DNA from: Balanoglossus misakiensis
Lineage: Eukaryota > Animalia > Hemichordata
DNA length: 64,000 nt
NCBI GenBank assembly: GCA_040954595.2
Contig: CM082578.2
Coordinates: 5,376,831-5,440,830 of the forward strand
Reading direction: 5' to 3'
Shown here: positions 37,801 through 52,800 of the stretch, piece after piece
Layout of the letters: the number at the start of each line of letters is the position of its first letter
Numbering within the stretch: the stretch's first letter is position 1
Position numbers and translations under genes: made by a program
The notes under the pieces: model-generated
Databases searched by the model: none
The model's input: the letters and a program-made list of their open reading frames with translations, nothing else
Told to the model about the DNA's origin: nothing

Positions 37801-40800
37801 TTTATGTGTGTGTGTCTGTGTGTCGTCCTTCCCATGGAACATGACACAAACCAAGTGCTCAGGATTAGCGTCTCATGTGGTTCACAATACAAACTACATG
37901 TTCATCTTCATGGACATAGAAGCATAAACCACCACTGATAAATGAAGGAAACGATTCCACAGTAATCAGCATATTAACACAATTTCAGGAATAAACATGG
38001 CACAACAAACAACACCCTGAATATCAGTGTTCATGTGAAGAATTATAATGACACCACGTGGGGAAAAACAAAAGTATTCAGGTTTAAACTCATTGAGGGT
38101 GCACAACCTGTGGCATTCACAGACTTACGGGGAGCCACTGTTGCACGGTCTTCTGGAAGAAGGAATAACATGGGAAGATGGCGATGTCAGGAGACGATAG
38201 ATCCAAAAAAGGAAAGGACTCACAAAGAAGCGGAAACTGGAGTGAAACACAACAGAAAACTCAAATCCATGCACCGAACATTAACACACTACAAACAAGG
38301 CATCACAACTCAACAGATACAGACAGTATCACTGATAGCATTACTAAATTGACCATCCATTCATTCTCTGTCTGAATGAAATCAAGTCCCAACTTTTATC
38401 TAGAAACAGAATACAATATACAATGAAAACAGATCGAGCTGCTCAGAAGGAATGTACATGTACTGACAATTGATTGTTTTCTATCAGTCCAATTGATAGG
38501 AAAACAAAGTGATTGCATAAACTGTTGCCAGTCTCAGTTGATAAGAAACAGTTATTGTACAAATTATTGCAAGTCTAACAAAGACATGTGTTGACACCAG
38601 GGAGGAAATTGGGTTAGGTTTAGGGTAAACATTCTTATCACTAATATTCATTGTGGTCTAAACCACAGGTAGGTTTTCATTTTTGTCTTGAATGGGAAAG
38701 CCTACAAATTGCTTTCGTTTTCACTTTGCTGATCAAAATTTTAAAAATCAATGGTCAGTACATATTTTCAGTGCAGCTCACTCGGTTTCATCGTATCACA
38801 TTATAAAAGTCATTCCTAAGGATGATAGTGAGTTCAAAATAAAGTAGATAATGTTTGTTGATTCATCTATTACATGCCATAAGTTGAACCTACCACTGAT
38901 GTCCTGTTTCTGTTTCTCAAAATCCGAATCCAAATTCTTCATTTCACTTTCCAGTTCTTTGATGTCTGTGCTGCGAATGCTGACCATACTCTCTGTCCGC
39001 ATCACTTGCAACGGACTTGTTCCTAAAACGGTCATCGCCAAGTTGTCGAACCAGCCTTCGCGCCGTGCTCTACGTTGGTCTTCTTTCAGATTGTCGAACA
39101 AAGACTCTTTCTGTAGATATGCAGAGATGCAGGTAGGTTCACTGTTTTCATTTTCAAGTTGGTATGAGTGTAAAAGCAGGGGATGAGATTTCAATAGACT
39201 TCACTTTTGCTTATTTCATTGTTAGCACATAGGAAACAAATCATGACTTATTTTCAAGACTATGACTAGAAAATTTATCAGTGGCTCAGTTTACGATGGC
39301 TTTCAAAATGAACTGCAGATGACAGCTAAGTCTAACTGTAACAGATCTGTATATAGGCTGCTGACAGCTTGACCTGGCTCCTGCTGTAGCTTTCAGCAAT
39401 CAGGGGATGGGGGTAGGGTAGCTTGATTGGAACAAAGAAAGCATTTGGTGACTCACTTTATCCGAGGAGAGAATACTGCTCATAGCTGTACTTTCTGCTT
39501 GCTGTTTCTCTTGCAGTGAAGACATCAGAGTTACAGTTGACTCTGTAGATAACTCCTCTTCTGTGAAGTCGGCCTGTTTGAGAAGCGAGCGGCGACTTTC
39601 TGCATTCACACAGGGAAAAATAAAAACATAAGAGTCAGTGTTGTTCTATAGTCAGTTCCACGTACTACTGTAAAACATGTTATTTTCGCGACAGGAAATT
39701 TTTACGATATCGAGAGAGGCCACTGTTTCACGAGTATTAATTTTCGCGTTCTCTTATTTCATTCACTGCATCGTTATCTCTGAAAATTTTTTTACACGAC
39801 TTTTTATTTTCACGTTATTTTGGCTCTCACGTATATCGCGAAAATTTATTGCTCGCGAAAATAACATGTGTTACAGTATATTCAAGAGACTATTAAATTC
39901 ACCATTAAATTTAACCATGTTACATACACAGTGAGTGGAAAGATGTAGTTTAACCCAAAATTTACTTCTGACTCTGTGCTTCTTTTTGGTGGTAGAACAA
40001 CAACAGCAACAACAACAACAATCTCTCCATTTTACCTTCCACTTTGAGCTGTACAGATTCTTCCAGGATATCATACTGTCTCTCTTGATTTTCTGCCAGT
40101 TTGGTGAGATGTTGTCCAAGTTTTTCCGGAGGTAAATTGTGGAAATCCGCAATATCTGCATCTTTCTGGGATTTCTTGCGCCATTTCCTTCGCTTCGCTT
40201 CCAACTGTTCGAGTTTATTTCTCAGCTCCTGCAAAATGATTGGGTCAGGAAGAGGAAGAATATCATTATTATAGTAAACTAGTGTTGGTTATATAGAAAT
40301 GTCTGAACCAGCAAAAAGCTCAAATGATGCATACAATGACATTACTTGTGTTGTTCAGACACAGATTTGGGTCTGCAATTTGTATTTCAAATAAAAAGAT
40401 ATCAATTTGAAACTTCTGTATGTACGAAGTATGTGAAATACAACAGAATTACATGAGGAAACCCTCACTGACATGACTGTCACAAATGTCTTTTTACTGT
40501 ATGCAGCTAACACATCATATGACTAGAGCTGTAAAAGCTTCCCTGCATACCAATAGTTTTGTCATAAATTCTGTTTTCTTAACTGTACATCATATGTACA
40601 TGGTGATGAAAACCACAGCTAAAAACACAGAAACAGTGCAGTTTGTGTTTCAGTAAAAAGATTCAATGAACATTCTCAGAGTTGTCAACAAAACTGTGCT
40701 AAGTTGTCAAGGAAATGACGTGTACAGTTGTTATGGAAAGCAAAATTTTAGGGAAAGAATTGCAACTCACCTGATCCGAGAGTTTTTTGGCAAGTTCTCT

Positions 40801-43800
40801 GCCAGGTTTGTTCCTTTCAGCTGTCTGTATCAACTGAAGTAAAATATCACTCTCTTTTTGGTGTTTCTTCTCCAGTTCAACCAGGACAGCTTCTTGAAGC
40901 GCCACAATCCCTGGAAGAATATTGGACATTCACTTTAAAGGGTGATGATCGTCTATGCATACATGTATGTACAAAACCAGAGACTCTGGTTACAAAAATT
41001 GTATACAGTCAATGCCATAAGGCAGTGTGCTGTCCTTAACAGACAAAATGGTGGCGGCCATAGTCTGTGTCGGAGAATGGGAAAACACAACAAATTGGGT
41101 CAAAAGAAGGGACAAAACTAAATACGGTGCGCATGAAATATGGGAGGAAGCGAAGAGAGTCCATTATTTGAATGTGTTGAACGAAAAATTTGCAGAACAT
41201 TTGGATTGGACGTAATGTTTGTATACACATGCGCCTACAATAAATATATTTAATACTTTAATCATCACAAACCCTACATTGTAAATGCTTGCTGTCCTTT
41301 TTCAAATCAGCAAAGTCAAATTATAGGATGAAAAGCAATTAATCTATGGATAACCCTGATATTAGTGATGTATTATGAGTGTGATGTATCATTGTAATAA
41401 TTATGGCATTTGAGAATTTTTTTATGAATTCAGGTCGAGCATCAGGTGATAATTGTTCTTGCAGCAAATGAAAGGCACTAATGACACTTAAATTAAAGTG
41501 AGAACAATTGGAACTTTAACTGTATTGAATATGAAGTTCTCACAAAGAGTCTTCTGTGTCTGACGAGATACTCACCACTGATGAGAATAAAAGAAACAAG
41601 TTATAAGACTTTTGTCTTACACCTTTGTGATCATGTTTCATGCATGACTGAAAATGTTCACCACGTATTTCCCAAGAGGGCAAATTTCAACTTATTCAAG
41701 TCAATCTGAAAATACTGCCATGGTAGCCTTCATCACACACGCCCACACCTCACCAACACATACATCCAGAAAAAAATGGCTACAGAAAATTATATTGACT
41801 TAATTTTTGTATGTCAGGAAATGTACTACATGTATACGGTATATATATTTTTTTTCTGCTTTTGCAAGTACATGTATACACTCACTCTAATAATCAACAC
41901 TTCAACTAATTTGGAATAGTTCATCTAGTTGAATAATATAAGAAACATTTGATACTAACGGTAAGATTTGCCTGTCTGTTTTTTTGAATTGTGATGTTTC
42001 TAGTACTTACTAATAATGGACAGAGCATATTGATGTCCATCGCAGACAAGATTTCAACTTTCAAATCGCATATGAATTCCACACAGCAAAAAGAAGCAGA
42101 GCATACAAGTGGATAAATATTGACATGTTGAATCAAATGATTGATGGTACTCTATAAAAATTAATAATAAATTACCTAATACAAAGTATCATGGATCATG
42201 ACGTGTAAGGTTTCATTTACAATCAACATCTTCACTCACTTCATATCACTATCATGTAAAGTATGGAGTGTCTCTCCCCAGGAATTACAATGGGGCATAT
42301 GTTGAAGAGGTAAAGTATTTAGCTCTGGGGGAAAACCCTGCGATTTAACAATTCCTTGTTAGAGTCAATACCTAGACAGGGTGTTGACAACATCAACCAA
42401 GCAAATCCATGATTTTGCTGTCCGTCGTGTCACTGTAATACCGCACTTAGACTCTCTCACAGCCCACGGTTCGCTACAAGGCTCTTCACTGATGCGCCCT
42501 CAACCGTCTAGCAAAGGTGAAGCCCTATATGATATGGTGTTGTGTAGCGAACCTCTCGCGGGGCACACATGCAATCAGACCATAAGCCTGCATGGACGAC
42601 GAGAGGGACTGTGAGAGAGTCTAGATATTTACAACCCCTAATCCCAAGATTATTTGACTCCACCATCAATTTGTCCAGTTTATCCACAAGTCAGCAGTCA
42701 CAAAAACATTTCTGATTTCTACTTCACAACACCCAACCTAACTTTGTCAGTTTCCTTACCTTCTTTCTGTTTCCGAAATAAAAACATTGCATCAGCCTTC
42801 TTGTTTTCTTCTTCCTCGCTGATCAGTTGTTCGGCAAGAGACGACTTTTTGAGCTCATTTTTCGACGTGCGTTTCTTCTTGGCAGCTTCAAGGCGTTCTC
42901 TCGCTAACTGTTTTTGCCTTTCTCTGTCTTTACTCAAACTGGAACAGAAGGAAAACAAAACAGTGTGATATTAGATTGTTTCAGTCAAGCAACAGAGTAC
43001 AGATCAAGTTTTCATTTTTGATTGGATGACACTGGGCTTATACAATGGGTTGACCTGGAATCAGCCAATTGGCTCCACTGTTTGTAAAAAAACTGTCTTG
43101 ATTAATATAATTATGCGGTCTTCTAAAGTACTACTCAGTATATCTCAGAGTGCAAACAAACTTCAAGTTAAAGCCAAAATAACACTAATATTTGTTTTTT
43201 TTTTCCAGTATTTTTCTCCTATGTATCAACTCAGGCTTCTTTCTCAGTTGATACATAAAATACAGAGAATCATCTCTAAACAATTGAAAGTAATCTTCAT
43301 GGAATTGTCAGCAATGTAAGTTGATGTAATTCACTCAATCTGTCCCTTTGAAAGTGTAATAAATCTATTTGCAAAACTAGCGCAAAATCCATTCAATAAT
43401 TTACTCCAGTGATTGTAATTACACATTCTCTTATCAAAAATACATGATGCATAATTAAATGTCAATGACATCTTAGATGAAGGGCATTTGTAACCTACAC
43501 CAGAATATCATGTATATTTGTGGTGGCAAGAATCTGCTTGGGCCCTCCTGTACAATCATGGAATCATTATGAATGTCCATTTTTATATTAAGCAGGCTTC
43601 AATTTCTGTATTCTGATGGTAGCTGCTGAAAGCATTTGAGAAACATGAGTCAGAACGACTGGCCGGTGCATGAATGGCCAGAACTGCCAACGGAACTCAA
43701 AGTCAGCAGTCATTTCTTGAAAACTGGTGAGACTAGACGGGGATGTCCTTACTGTATCTCTCACATGCCTTGGCACTGCGACAAAAAGAAAAGCCAGGGA

Positions 43801-46800
43801 CTGACATGACAACAGCTAGAAGACACAGCGATGGTGCGAAGTACTTGTCTGTCAAAGGCACTCTGTAGAGGAACCCATGCTTACCTGTTCTAATTTACAT
43901 ATCCATTGAGGTTGTTCCACAAAATTAACCACAAATAAAATACAGAATCCACTCAAACAGGTGGCAAAACCCGAGTTGAGCATCTGCTGAGAATTCCTCT
44001 GTCGGTTACATTATCCTACGTGTTGGCCCAACAAGACATATCACAATATCATGATCCGACAGCCCTGTTGCAACAGAACCTCAAGGACAGAACTACAGGT
44101 ATGGCAGCCACAGTTGCACCAAACTCATCCCCCGCAGGATTGATCCAACCTCTACGGACCCACTAATCAATGAAATTATAACCGCTGATGTCACTATTTC
44201 TAACCACATGACCCACCTAGTAACCATGGCGATCTTTTGTATACTGTCTGTAAGACCTATTGATTATCCTTACAAAATGGGCAAACAATGTGATTCATTA
44301 ATTATTCAGCTTATTAATCGTCTATTCTTGACACTCACTGACTCGGCTATGAAAAGCCTGGAGACTATCCAGCTTTGCCAGGCAAGGCCAATCACATCTC
44401 TCATGTATCTTATTCCTTCTATTTATATTTCTGTGAACCATAGTGAACTTTCTACAAGCAGCGAAAGTAAAGGGATGAATTGAAATTTTTGTCAAGTATA
44501 CACATACATATATTTCAGAATTGTCTTGACAATAGATGACAACAATTCTGTAATCATCGCAAAATTACACTTTTGTATAATTTACTAATTAGGGCAATTC
44601 AATTTTGATTGATAACGACAATGCCAGTATTTGTTGTTGGTTCAGGAAACTGGAATTAATGTAATATTGCTTTTGGATAGAAGATACAGTTCATGGTGTA
44701 ATACATATGAAATTACACCAGCTTGGCATTTCAACCTACAGGTGTTAAGATGCACACTTTCACACAGTTGGAATTTATTTCTTTAAACAAAACCAATCCT
44801 GGTTAGTTTCTGTGAATTGACACCAAGGCACTGGCAGAAAGAGTGCTCTAAGAAGTTGCAGTGTGACGTCTTATCATGATGTGGAATAATCACACCACAG
44901 GCAAACCAAATTTGAAATGTCTTCATTGAGCGAATAACCCGAAGACATACAGAAAGTATGTGTCTTATGAGAGATTTGATTCAAAACGAACTCTGCATTT
45001 CTTGCACTAGTCGACAATGGAATGGTGACTAGCCTTGAAGCCATCTGCATCAAAATATTTGTCTTTTGGCTTTGTAAGACAAAGGGAAAAGTCGGAAGTA
45101 AGTCATTAGGAGCTTATTGATTTGTTTACCATGATGATCCCTTATATTTCAAGCACAGAAAGTTGAATCTACCAGACTGAGTACTGTTTGTTTGACTTTA
45201 CAGAAGGCGATATAAGATACAATTGTTTTTCTGTGTTCAACATCTGGTGAGATTGGAGTTTAGAAAAAGTGAAAAATTATAAATGGTTTCCACATCCAAG
45301 GTTTGTATGCTCAAAGTTCATTCACAATTCAGGATTTTCTCAAGAGTTTTCAAGTGCTTTTTCTCAGAGTACTTAATTCCATAATTGCCATTTCCCCAGA
45401 GATGTGCCGAAAAATTTCCATATTGATATTATCCCTGAGTGGTTTAAACTTCCAGAACTTGCCAAGACTTTGCCAAAGGTACATCAGTGAACCCTTCATA
45501 TCAATATATGTGGTTTTTCGATACGTTGCCCATTGACTTTTTGTAGCAAGTCGGAAATAAATTCATGTATTATCATTAGTATATAACTACGTGCAGTTCT
45601 CAACGAGGGTCAATGACTTGTTAAGATGTCATTATACAACTTGGACAACTCTGTGATCAACTCATGGGTTAGAATTTATATCTTACCTCATTGTACAAAT
45701 ATTTCAGCAAAGAAAGTTGAAACTTTACTATCTGGAAATTAATTCGACTGTCACATTGATGATTGGTGACTGTTTCAAGGGATCACATAAAAAAATATGG
45801 ACACTCTACCTGAAAGTCAAATGCATCGCTATATTAATTACATTATTTCAGAAATCAGCCCCGCATATGAAATATGCTAATATTAGATTTTGTTCTATGT
45901 AACTATGTAACTGTAAACAAGGTGACATTACAATTCACAGAATACAGCAGGTAATTTATTAGATAAATTAAGCCAAGAAATCAATGACCCATATTAAGCA
46001 ATTTTATAGAGTAAGATATGTGGCAACTTATCAAAATGTGTAAGTAATTATCCTCCTCTTCATGAAGGCATTTTGTTTACCTGGCATGTTATTAATAGAC
46101 ATTGTGTTTACAAGAAGCGGGAGAGAACAAAGAGCATAAAACGCAATTTTGAAATGAATTATTAGTGTTTCACCTGTTATTTTGGTTGAACACAACTGCT
46201 ATGCATTATTAGTTGTGTTGACTTTTAATAATGGAGATCATTCAGGAATCTCAATGGAAGGAATTGTTCTGAAAAGTCTCTTTTGTTTGCCCGATTAGGT
46301 TTGTTGAGTTTTGAGCTGGGTAACAGTTACATGCATGTCCGTTAGTACAGACTCTGGCCTGCTTCCATAGTCAGTGCCCAAACATAGACACATTTAGTAT
46401 TTTTGCCATGAATGTCTAAATTTAGTTTTAATAAAGCAAACATGCCTCGGTTTTCATTCCTCGATAATCCGATCACACAATCTCTTCAAATCAGAATAAA
46501 AGCACAATCGATAAAAGCTAATAATGCAAGTAGAAAAAGAAAGAGAAACAGTGATGACAATTCATCAGACTGACGGCGCAGACAGGAGGAGGGGGGTAGG
46601 GGGCAGGGTGAAATGGACGTAGCACAGACTATAGATTTCTGAACCCTCACATAGTTCTAGTCACAGAGCACTGTCCTTGTATGTTAAAGCCCCAGTAACT
46701 CAACTTTGGTCTATTTTCTCAATATAATTTTTTTGTGTATTAACTTTGGTTTCTTGTTCTATTCTGTAAAACGTTAATAATTGCTCATTATTTGGTTTTT

Positions 46801-49800
46801 CAACACAGAATATTGTCACAGTAGTAATTAGCATTGTTATTATTGAAAAATGAATTCATGTCCGGACATGAATTCATTTGTCAACAAAAACAGTGGCTGT
46901 TACTAATCAGTGTACAGGCTTTGTAGGGAAGCTAAAGACGGAACATTTCATAAAGCTATCAAGAGCAACGAGAAACTGGAGTAATAATACATGGAAGAAA
47001 AGTATTGAAAAAATATACTTCAGAAATATGTTATGATTGAGTGAAAAATTCAAACATGAAATGGTCACCAGTTGTATGCTTATGCAAATTTGAATAGTAA
47101 AGACATCATTACTGAAGTTACTGTAAAAACAGAAAGTTATTAAATTTGCATGGTAACCTATTTACCATGATTGAATAAAAAATAGGGTAATTCATATGTG
47201 TCACAACAGTAAAGATATGTTGTTGGTTCAATGCCCACAGAAAGCTTGGTGAAATTTTCAACTCTAGGAAAAAGCATATACATTAAGTAATTTACCGTTG
47301 GCTGATGCCAGATACAATCTGGGAGTTGTGAGTTGGCCCAGTGGAGCATACTGGGGATACACCTGGCTTTACTTATTGCCTATTTTGCCATGTAATTCTG
47401 AACACAATGAAAGCACGGATGGGGGAGAGGACGAGGGGTGTGGTCTTGAACATACCTAGCTTGTCGTGTTGCTTCATTCTGTTGCGCAATGCTGAACAAC
47501 ATGGCGGCACTGTCAAATTTATCTTCCTGCTTCATCCTCAGTTGATCTCTCCGAAGTTTAGCCAGTGCAAACTGTCGCTCTCTCTCCGTCAGGAATCTTT
47601 GATCTTGACCTCTGAGAGCGGCGAGCAAAGCTTCCTTCTCCGCCTCATAGTGATGGTTTAGATCTTCAAGGATGTTCTGAAGTAAGAAAAACACAGTGGG
47701 CTTTTATGGACCTGCCTTGATGTGTTTTCACATTACTTTGTTTCCATTCTGTTTCTTCAAATTCTGTGTCCTCAATCTTGTAAATTCTGTCATACATCAG
47801 GAGCTGGGATATCTCATGCACTGGATGGAAAACTTGAGGCAAAGATTCCTTCATTTCCTTGTCAAATAACGGAACCCCCAAGGTCAAGGTGAATTCAATT
47901 CTGTGATTGGATGACCCTAAAATGGCATGTTTGCTTATTGCTAAAGGCAAGGAAAACAGGGCGCACTGGTTGGTCAATATGAAGTGTGTACACTAGTACT
48001 TCCTGGAGAAAGATGTCAGAAGACACTTGTCTCGAAGCTCAAAATCACACTTATATTTCTGAAGTGAAGGCTAAACAACACACATTCCACTTCCAGCAAT
48101 CTGGTCAACTCCGAGAGAAAGATATCAAACAGCAAAAAATACAACTCACTCTTCTCTTCTTCATTTCCTCTTCCTCAAGCTGTTTCTCTTCTTCATCCAG
48201 AATTTCATTCAGTGTTTCTTGATCGGTTGCGAGTCCCTGCGCTGCTCTGGCTGCTTTCAGTTCTTTCTGTCGTTTCAGTCTCTCCTTCAGTTTCTCCTCC
48301 TGTCTGGCTTTTGTGTCGCCAAGAAGTCTGCTCAGTTCTGCACAGGGGGGAGGGTGGGAATCAGAATGCAGAAACATCAGGTTTTGATAACAAGTTTTGA
48401 TAAATTTGTTATCACAAGTTTTTCTAACAGTCTATTTTGATGCTGTGTTACGGTCAAAAAATTTAATTGTGAGGTTCCGATAACATGAGTTTCAGAAATA
48501 TAGTAGATACATTGTAGGTAGGAAAATAATTTGCTGCTGATCCTGAACCCAACAAATTCTGTCTGATCAGATCATCTTACCTTTCTCATTCTCCAGACTT
48601 TCTCCGAGTAATGCAGTGGCCTCATCAAATTTGCCTTCACGACAAAGTCTTTTTTCTTCCAGTTTCAACTTCATCAGCTTTGCTTGCCTCTCTTTCTCAG
48701 TCAGGTTGGCCCACTCTGTGTCACCCAGCTGTTTGATGAGAGCCTGAAATAAAACAAATGAAGACATAAAACACTGACATCGCATGACTTTGTTTTATTT
48801 ATTTTATGAGGCCAGACAACCTTGTACAAATGTAATGTTTTGTAGTGTAATGTTCAAAATGATATAACAAAAGATGTACACCTGTCGTACATGCATGAAA
48901 TATGTTGTTTCCTTTTTAACGAAAAAAGTAGATCCATTTTATTTTTAATTACTAATAGTGTACAGTAAAACCTGTATAAACTGAATACAAAAGGGACTGA
49001 AGTAATTTTTTGGTTTACATAGGTGTCTTGTTTATTAAGATTTCTTTAAACATGTGGTTCTATGTCAAAGGGACAGGAAAATGTGTTCAGTATAGACAGG
49101 TTTCCAGATTAGAAAGGTTTTACTGTATACTCCATAGGTAGTGCCAAGAAAATACATACAATAATTATGCTTCATATAGAATAGTGGTCCATGCAACAAT
49201 TCTTAGCACAACATAAATGTCAACTTTTTTGTAATTCAAAAGAGTACATCTGTGATTTTACGATAATGACACCACACTGCATGCTTTACCTCAGCAAGAA
49301 GTTTGTCACGGAGAGCATCATATTTCTCTTCCAAGGCCTTCACAAGAACTTCTTCTGAAGTCATTTTCTCTTTCCCCCCAAGGAGCGTGGTGGCAACATT
49401 GTCGTACCATTTCTGCGTTCTGGCCGCGTTGTGCACCACCTTCAGCTGCTTCAGGGTTGCCGGGGTCTGTGAAAGAAGGGACAAGGTGTCAGAATACATT
49501 CATCATGGAATACTACATAATGAAGATATAAGAAAAGTTTGGGCAACTGTTGCTACATGCAAGCCGTAAATATTGCCCGTAACACTTGAAATGATGCACG
49601 GGTTTGTTTACAAAGGAAATGCTGTACATGTCGATCAGCAAATGTGCCACTTCGACATTTCATGTCAGACCATTTTCGGATTTGATCTGGTTCCATCGAC
49701 TGATTTCGCCCCATAAATTTATCTCCCCAGAATTTCGCAGAATTTTAGAAATTGAAGATGCCGTTTCAAACAAAATTATGCGAAAACTAGAAATACTGTG

Positions 49801-52800
49801 GCTTAAAAAAACTGAACACCAAGGAGACTGAAGAATCTGTTCGGTTTGTAGGGGTATCCGGTTTAATAGAGGTTCTTTAAATATGTGCTTCTATGTCAAA
49901 GGAACAGGTGTTTGGTATAGACAGGTTTTACTCTACAACTCAAATCCATTAACTGGCAACTGTGGTGCAGAGTGGTCTGTCATTTACATAAAACATACCA
50001 AAAAAACAACATCTGATGTAACCTCACTGTACTTGTTGCTGCGGGCAAATGTGAAAGATGTTGAAATAATACAATGTAACCAAAATGATAATATCTACAG
50101 ACTAATTTCACGCCTGGTGTTTATTTCTCTCTCGCATCTGTCAACAATTCAACATTTGTTACCTTAGTGTGGATGTCTGCCATGAGATATTGAGTCTCTT
50201 GGTCTTGTTGTTGTTGCAGATCGGCCAGCAACGATGTCTGGGCAGCATCTTCTGTTGCTTTGCCGTCATCTGATGCCTTGGCTAGCTCTGCCAGTCGTGT
50301 CTCCACACTTACAGCCGATGCTTCCTGTAGTGTGTGATTTTAAGGAGAACGAGAATGAGTTCTGTTTTTGTCACAAATTTTGGTGTCATTGGACGATGAA
50401 ACAGATTACAACCATCCTTGTTTGAACTGATCTCTGACAACTGCATCCTGTCAATGTCTTTTGTTATAATATCAAGTTGGTTAGAACATTGGGTACCAAA
50501 TCAAATTTTTGGAACAGACATGCACCTTTACAATTGCACGCTGTGAACTTTTCCTCCCAGATTTCTCAAAAACAATTCCCACTCATAATCATTTTCTATT
50601 GCAGTAAAAGGAAAACAATTCTTAACCCTTTCACCCCCCCATTTCTCTCTTTAGAGGGCCAACCTTACCATAGAAAACAATGGCTTTGGACTGAACCATA
50701 GTCGTGAAAGGGTTAAAGCCAGGAAGAGCATTTTACGTCAAGCATGAAGTAGTCGACATAAATGGCTGATTTCAACAAAATCTGTACCACACTGTGCAGG
50801 GGCGCAGGGTGCAATGAGGGGCCCATAAGCCAAGTTCGTAGTCAACAAGAAAATACAAATGTGTTCAATTCAACAATAAAATCTGCATACATACCCCAAA
50901 GATCTGCAACTGTTCTTGTGGATCTGTGGCCGTTTCTCTCCACTGTTCCCTCCATTCTCTCAATTCACTCAATTTCTCTGTTCGTTGATCATCGTCCATC
51001 TGCCTAGCTGCTTCTCTTGCTTGACTTTTCTCTTGTTCTTGTAACATCTGTGAAGAAAGACAACATATTGCAACATTGAAACTGTATCAATAATAGTGCA
51101 CCCTGGATGGTTCAGATCAACTTTGATATTTAGTTTTTAAAAAATGACACAACATAGTTTTTACTTGTCAAAATTTACCAAATATTGTGAACCATATTTT
51201 CTCACCAGTGGTACTTTGTTTGTTGAAAAGAGTTTAATTTTGTTTCACTCAGATTTTACTTTTTACAATACAACTCTAGTTTCATGCATAAAGGTTTTTG
51301 AGTTGAACCTGTTATGTCTGTATTGGCCAGTCAAGGGACTTTCCAAACCTTGACTTTCCTAATCGGGCCTTTATAGACAGGTGGCCTTTATATAGAGGTT
51401 AATTAACGCACACGTGAATTGCACAGGGACTGTAACAAAGTTGGCCACTAACAAAGATTTGACCATACACAGAAATACAATTTTAATCATGATGCCATAT
51501 TCACCTGTATCAGAAGTTCTCTCTCTGCTCTGTGCTTCTTCTCCATTTCTTTCAAGACAGCATCTTGTAAAGCAGCTGTATCATTTTCATCATCTGGCAT
51601 TGGGACGACTTCGTCTTCAGCCATTTCTCTATTCTCCTTGGCAGCCGCCATTCTTTTCCTCCTTTCCGCCAATCTCTGTTTTGCCAACTCTAACTGTCTT
51701 GCTCGCTCTCTCGCTTGGCTGTGCATGCAGCATCACAGAGAATTACAATAAAATATAGTTAACATTTTGAAACTAAAATTTCATACTTTGTAAGATTCCT
51801 TTGCTGACCTAATACTTCAAAGTGAATCTTATTTTTTCAAATGTTGATGATCATAGCAGTGGTGTAGCTGAGATCTGCTAGCTGGCAACACAGGTCAACT
51901 ACAGCCTTTTATTACTTGCAATCTCCCTCCCCATTGAAAAACTCCCACACCTTTTCTTTTTTCTCTTATCAATAATACAGTGACAATTTTTGAATATCTT
52001 TATTCTACTTTTCTTTTGAATTTCAACTTCTGAGTCCAACTACATCTCATATATTCACCTGAAACAAAGTATTTTTTTTACAAAAACAACATTCTTCTTT
52101 TGTGTACAAGAACATTCAAATTGATCAGAAATAATAAATAGTGCAAAGCTCCCCCACATTAACCAAAACTGCTTAATTGAGTTGACTTACATGTCGTCAT
52201 GGTGTTCAGCCAAACCCATAAGTCTGGCTGCAGTTTCAAAGTTATCTTCCAGTCTTGCTTGTCTCTGTTCCCTCTTCAATCTCATCAATTCAGCTTGACG
52301 TAATCGTTCATTCTGAAATCTCTCATTCTGACTGTTCAGAAGACGAAGCAAAGCCTCTTTTTCCTATAGGACAAAAGGCAGAGTCATGAATTGGACGGAT
52401 GGCATCAGCATTGGTAAATTTGAATTATTTTGTGTTCAAAATTAGATTTTCCTAATGTGTTGCTTTTGCAGCAACAGCTTTTAAGTATCAATGTGAATGC
52501 AATAGACAGCTAAAAAAAAACCACATTTATGATATTGAATTTCTGTGGCTTGCTTGACTCCTGCATTCACTGTGTCATTGAGTAGTTTTCATAAATGAAA
52601 CATCTAACATGGTAACATGGTGTGTGTGTGTGTGCATTTGTGTGTGTGTGTGTGTGAGTGTGCGTGCATGTGACCAACCCTTTTTACAATGTTGGGTTGG
52701 AATCACGGCTTCATGGTTTTTTATGTGATTCAGGGGCTAGACACTTGACTGAAGTGTTAGTTTGATTCCTACATGTAGTCAGTAGGTTCCATATGTGAAC

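Noticed and set aside
39962-40035. Poly-Leu stretch (ERLLLLLLLLFY) resembling a transmembrane helix, and poly-Gln on the other strand
   Set aside because: Lies after the GAAG|GTAAAA donor at 40035, whose phase matches the next exon; it is an intronic (TTG)n microsatellite.
43886-45735. Further microexon-like AG...GTAAG units in the 4.5 kb phase-2 intron (~43884-43888, ~45688-45731)
   Set aside because: One is 5 nt and frameshifting, the other contains in-frame stops; no support for coding use.
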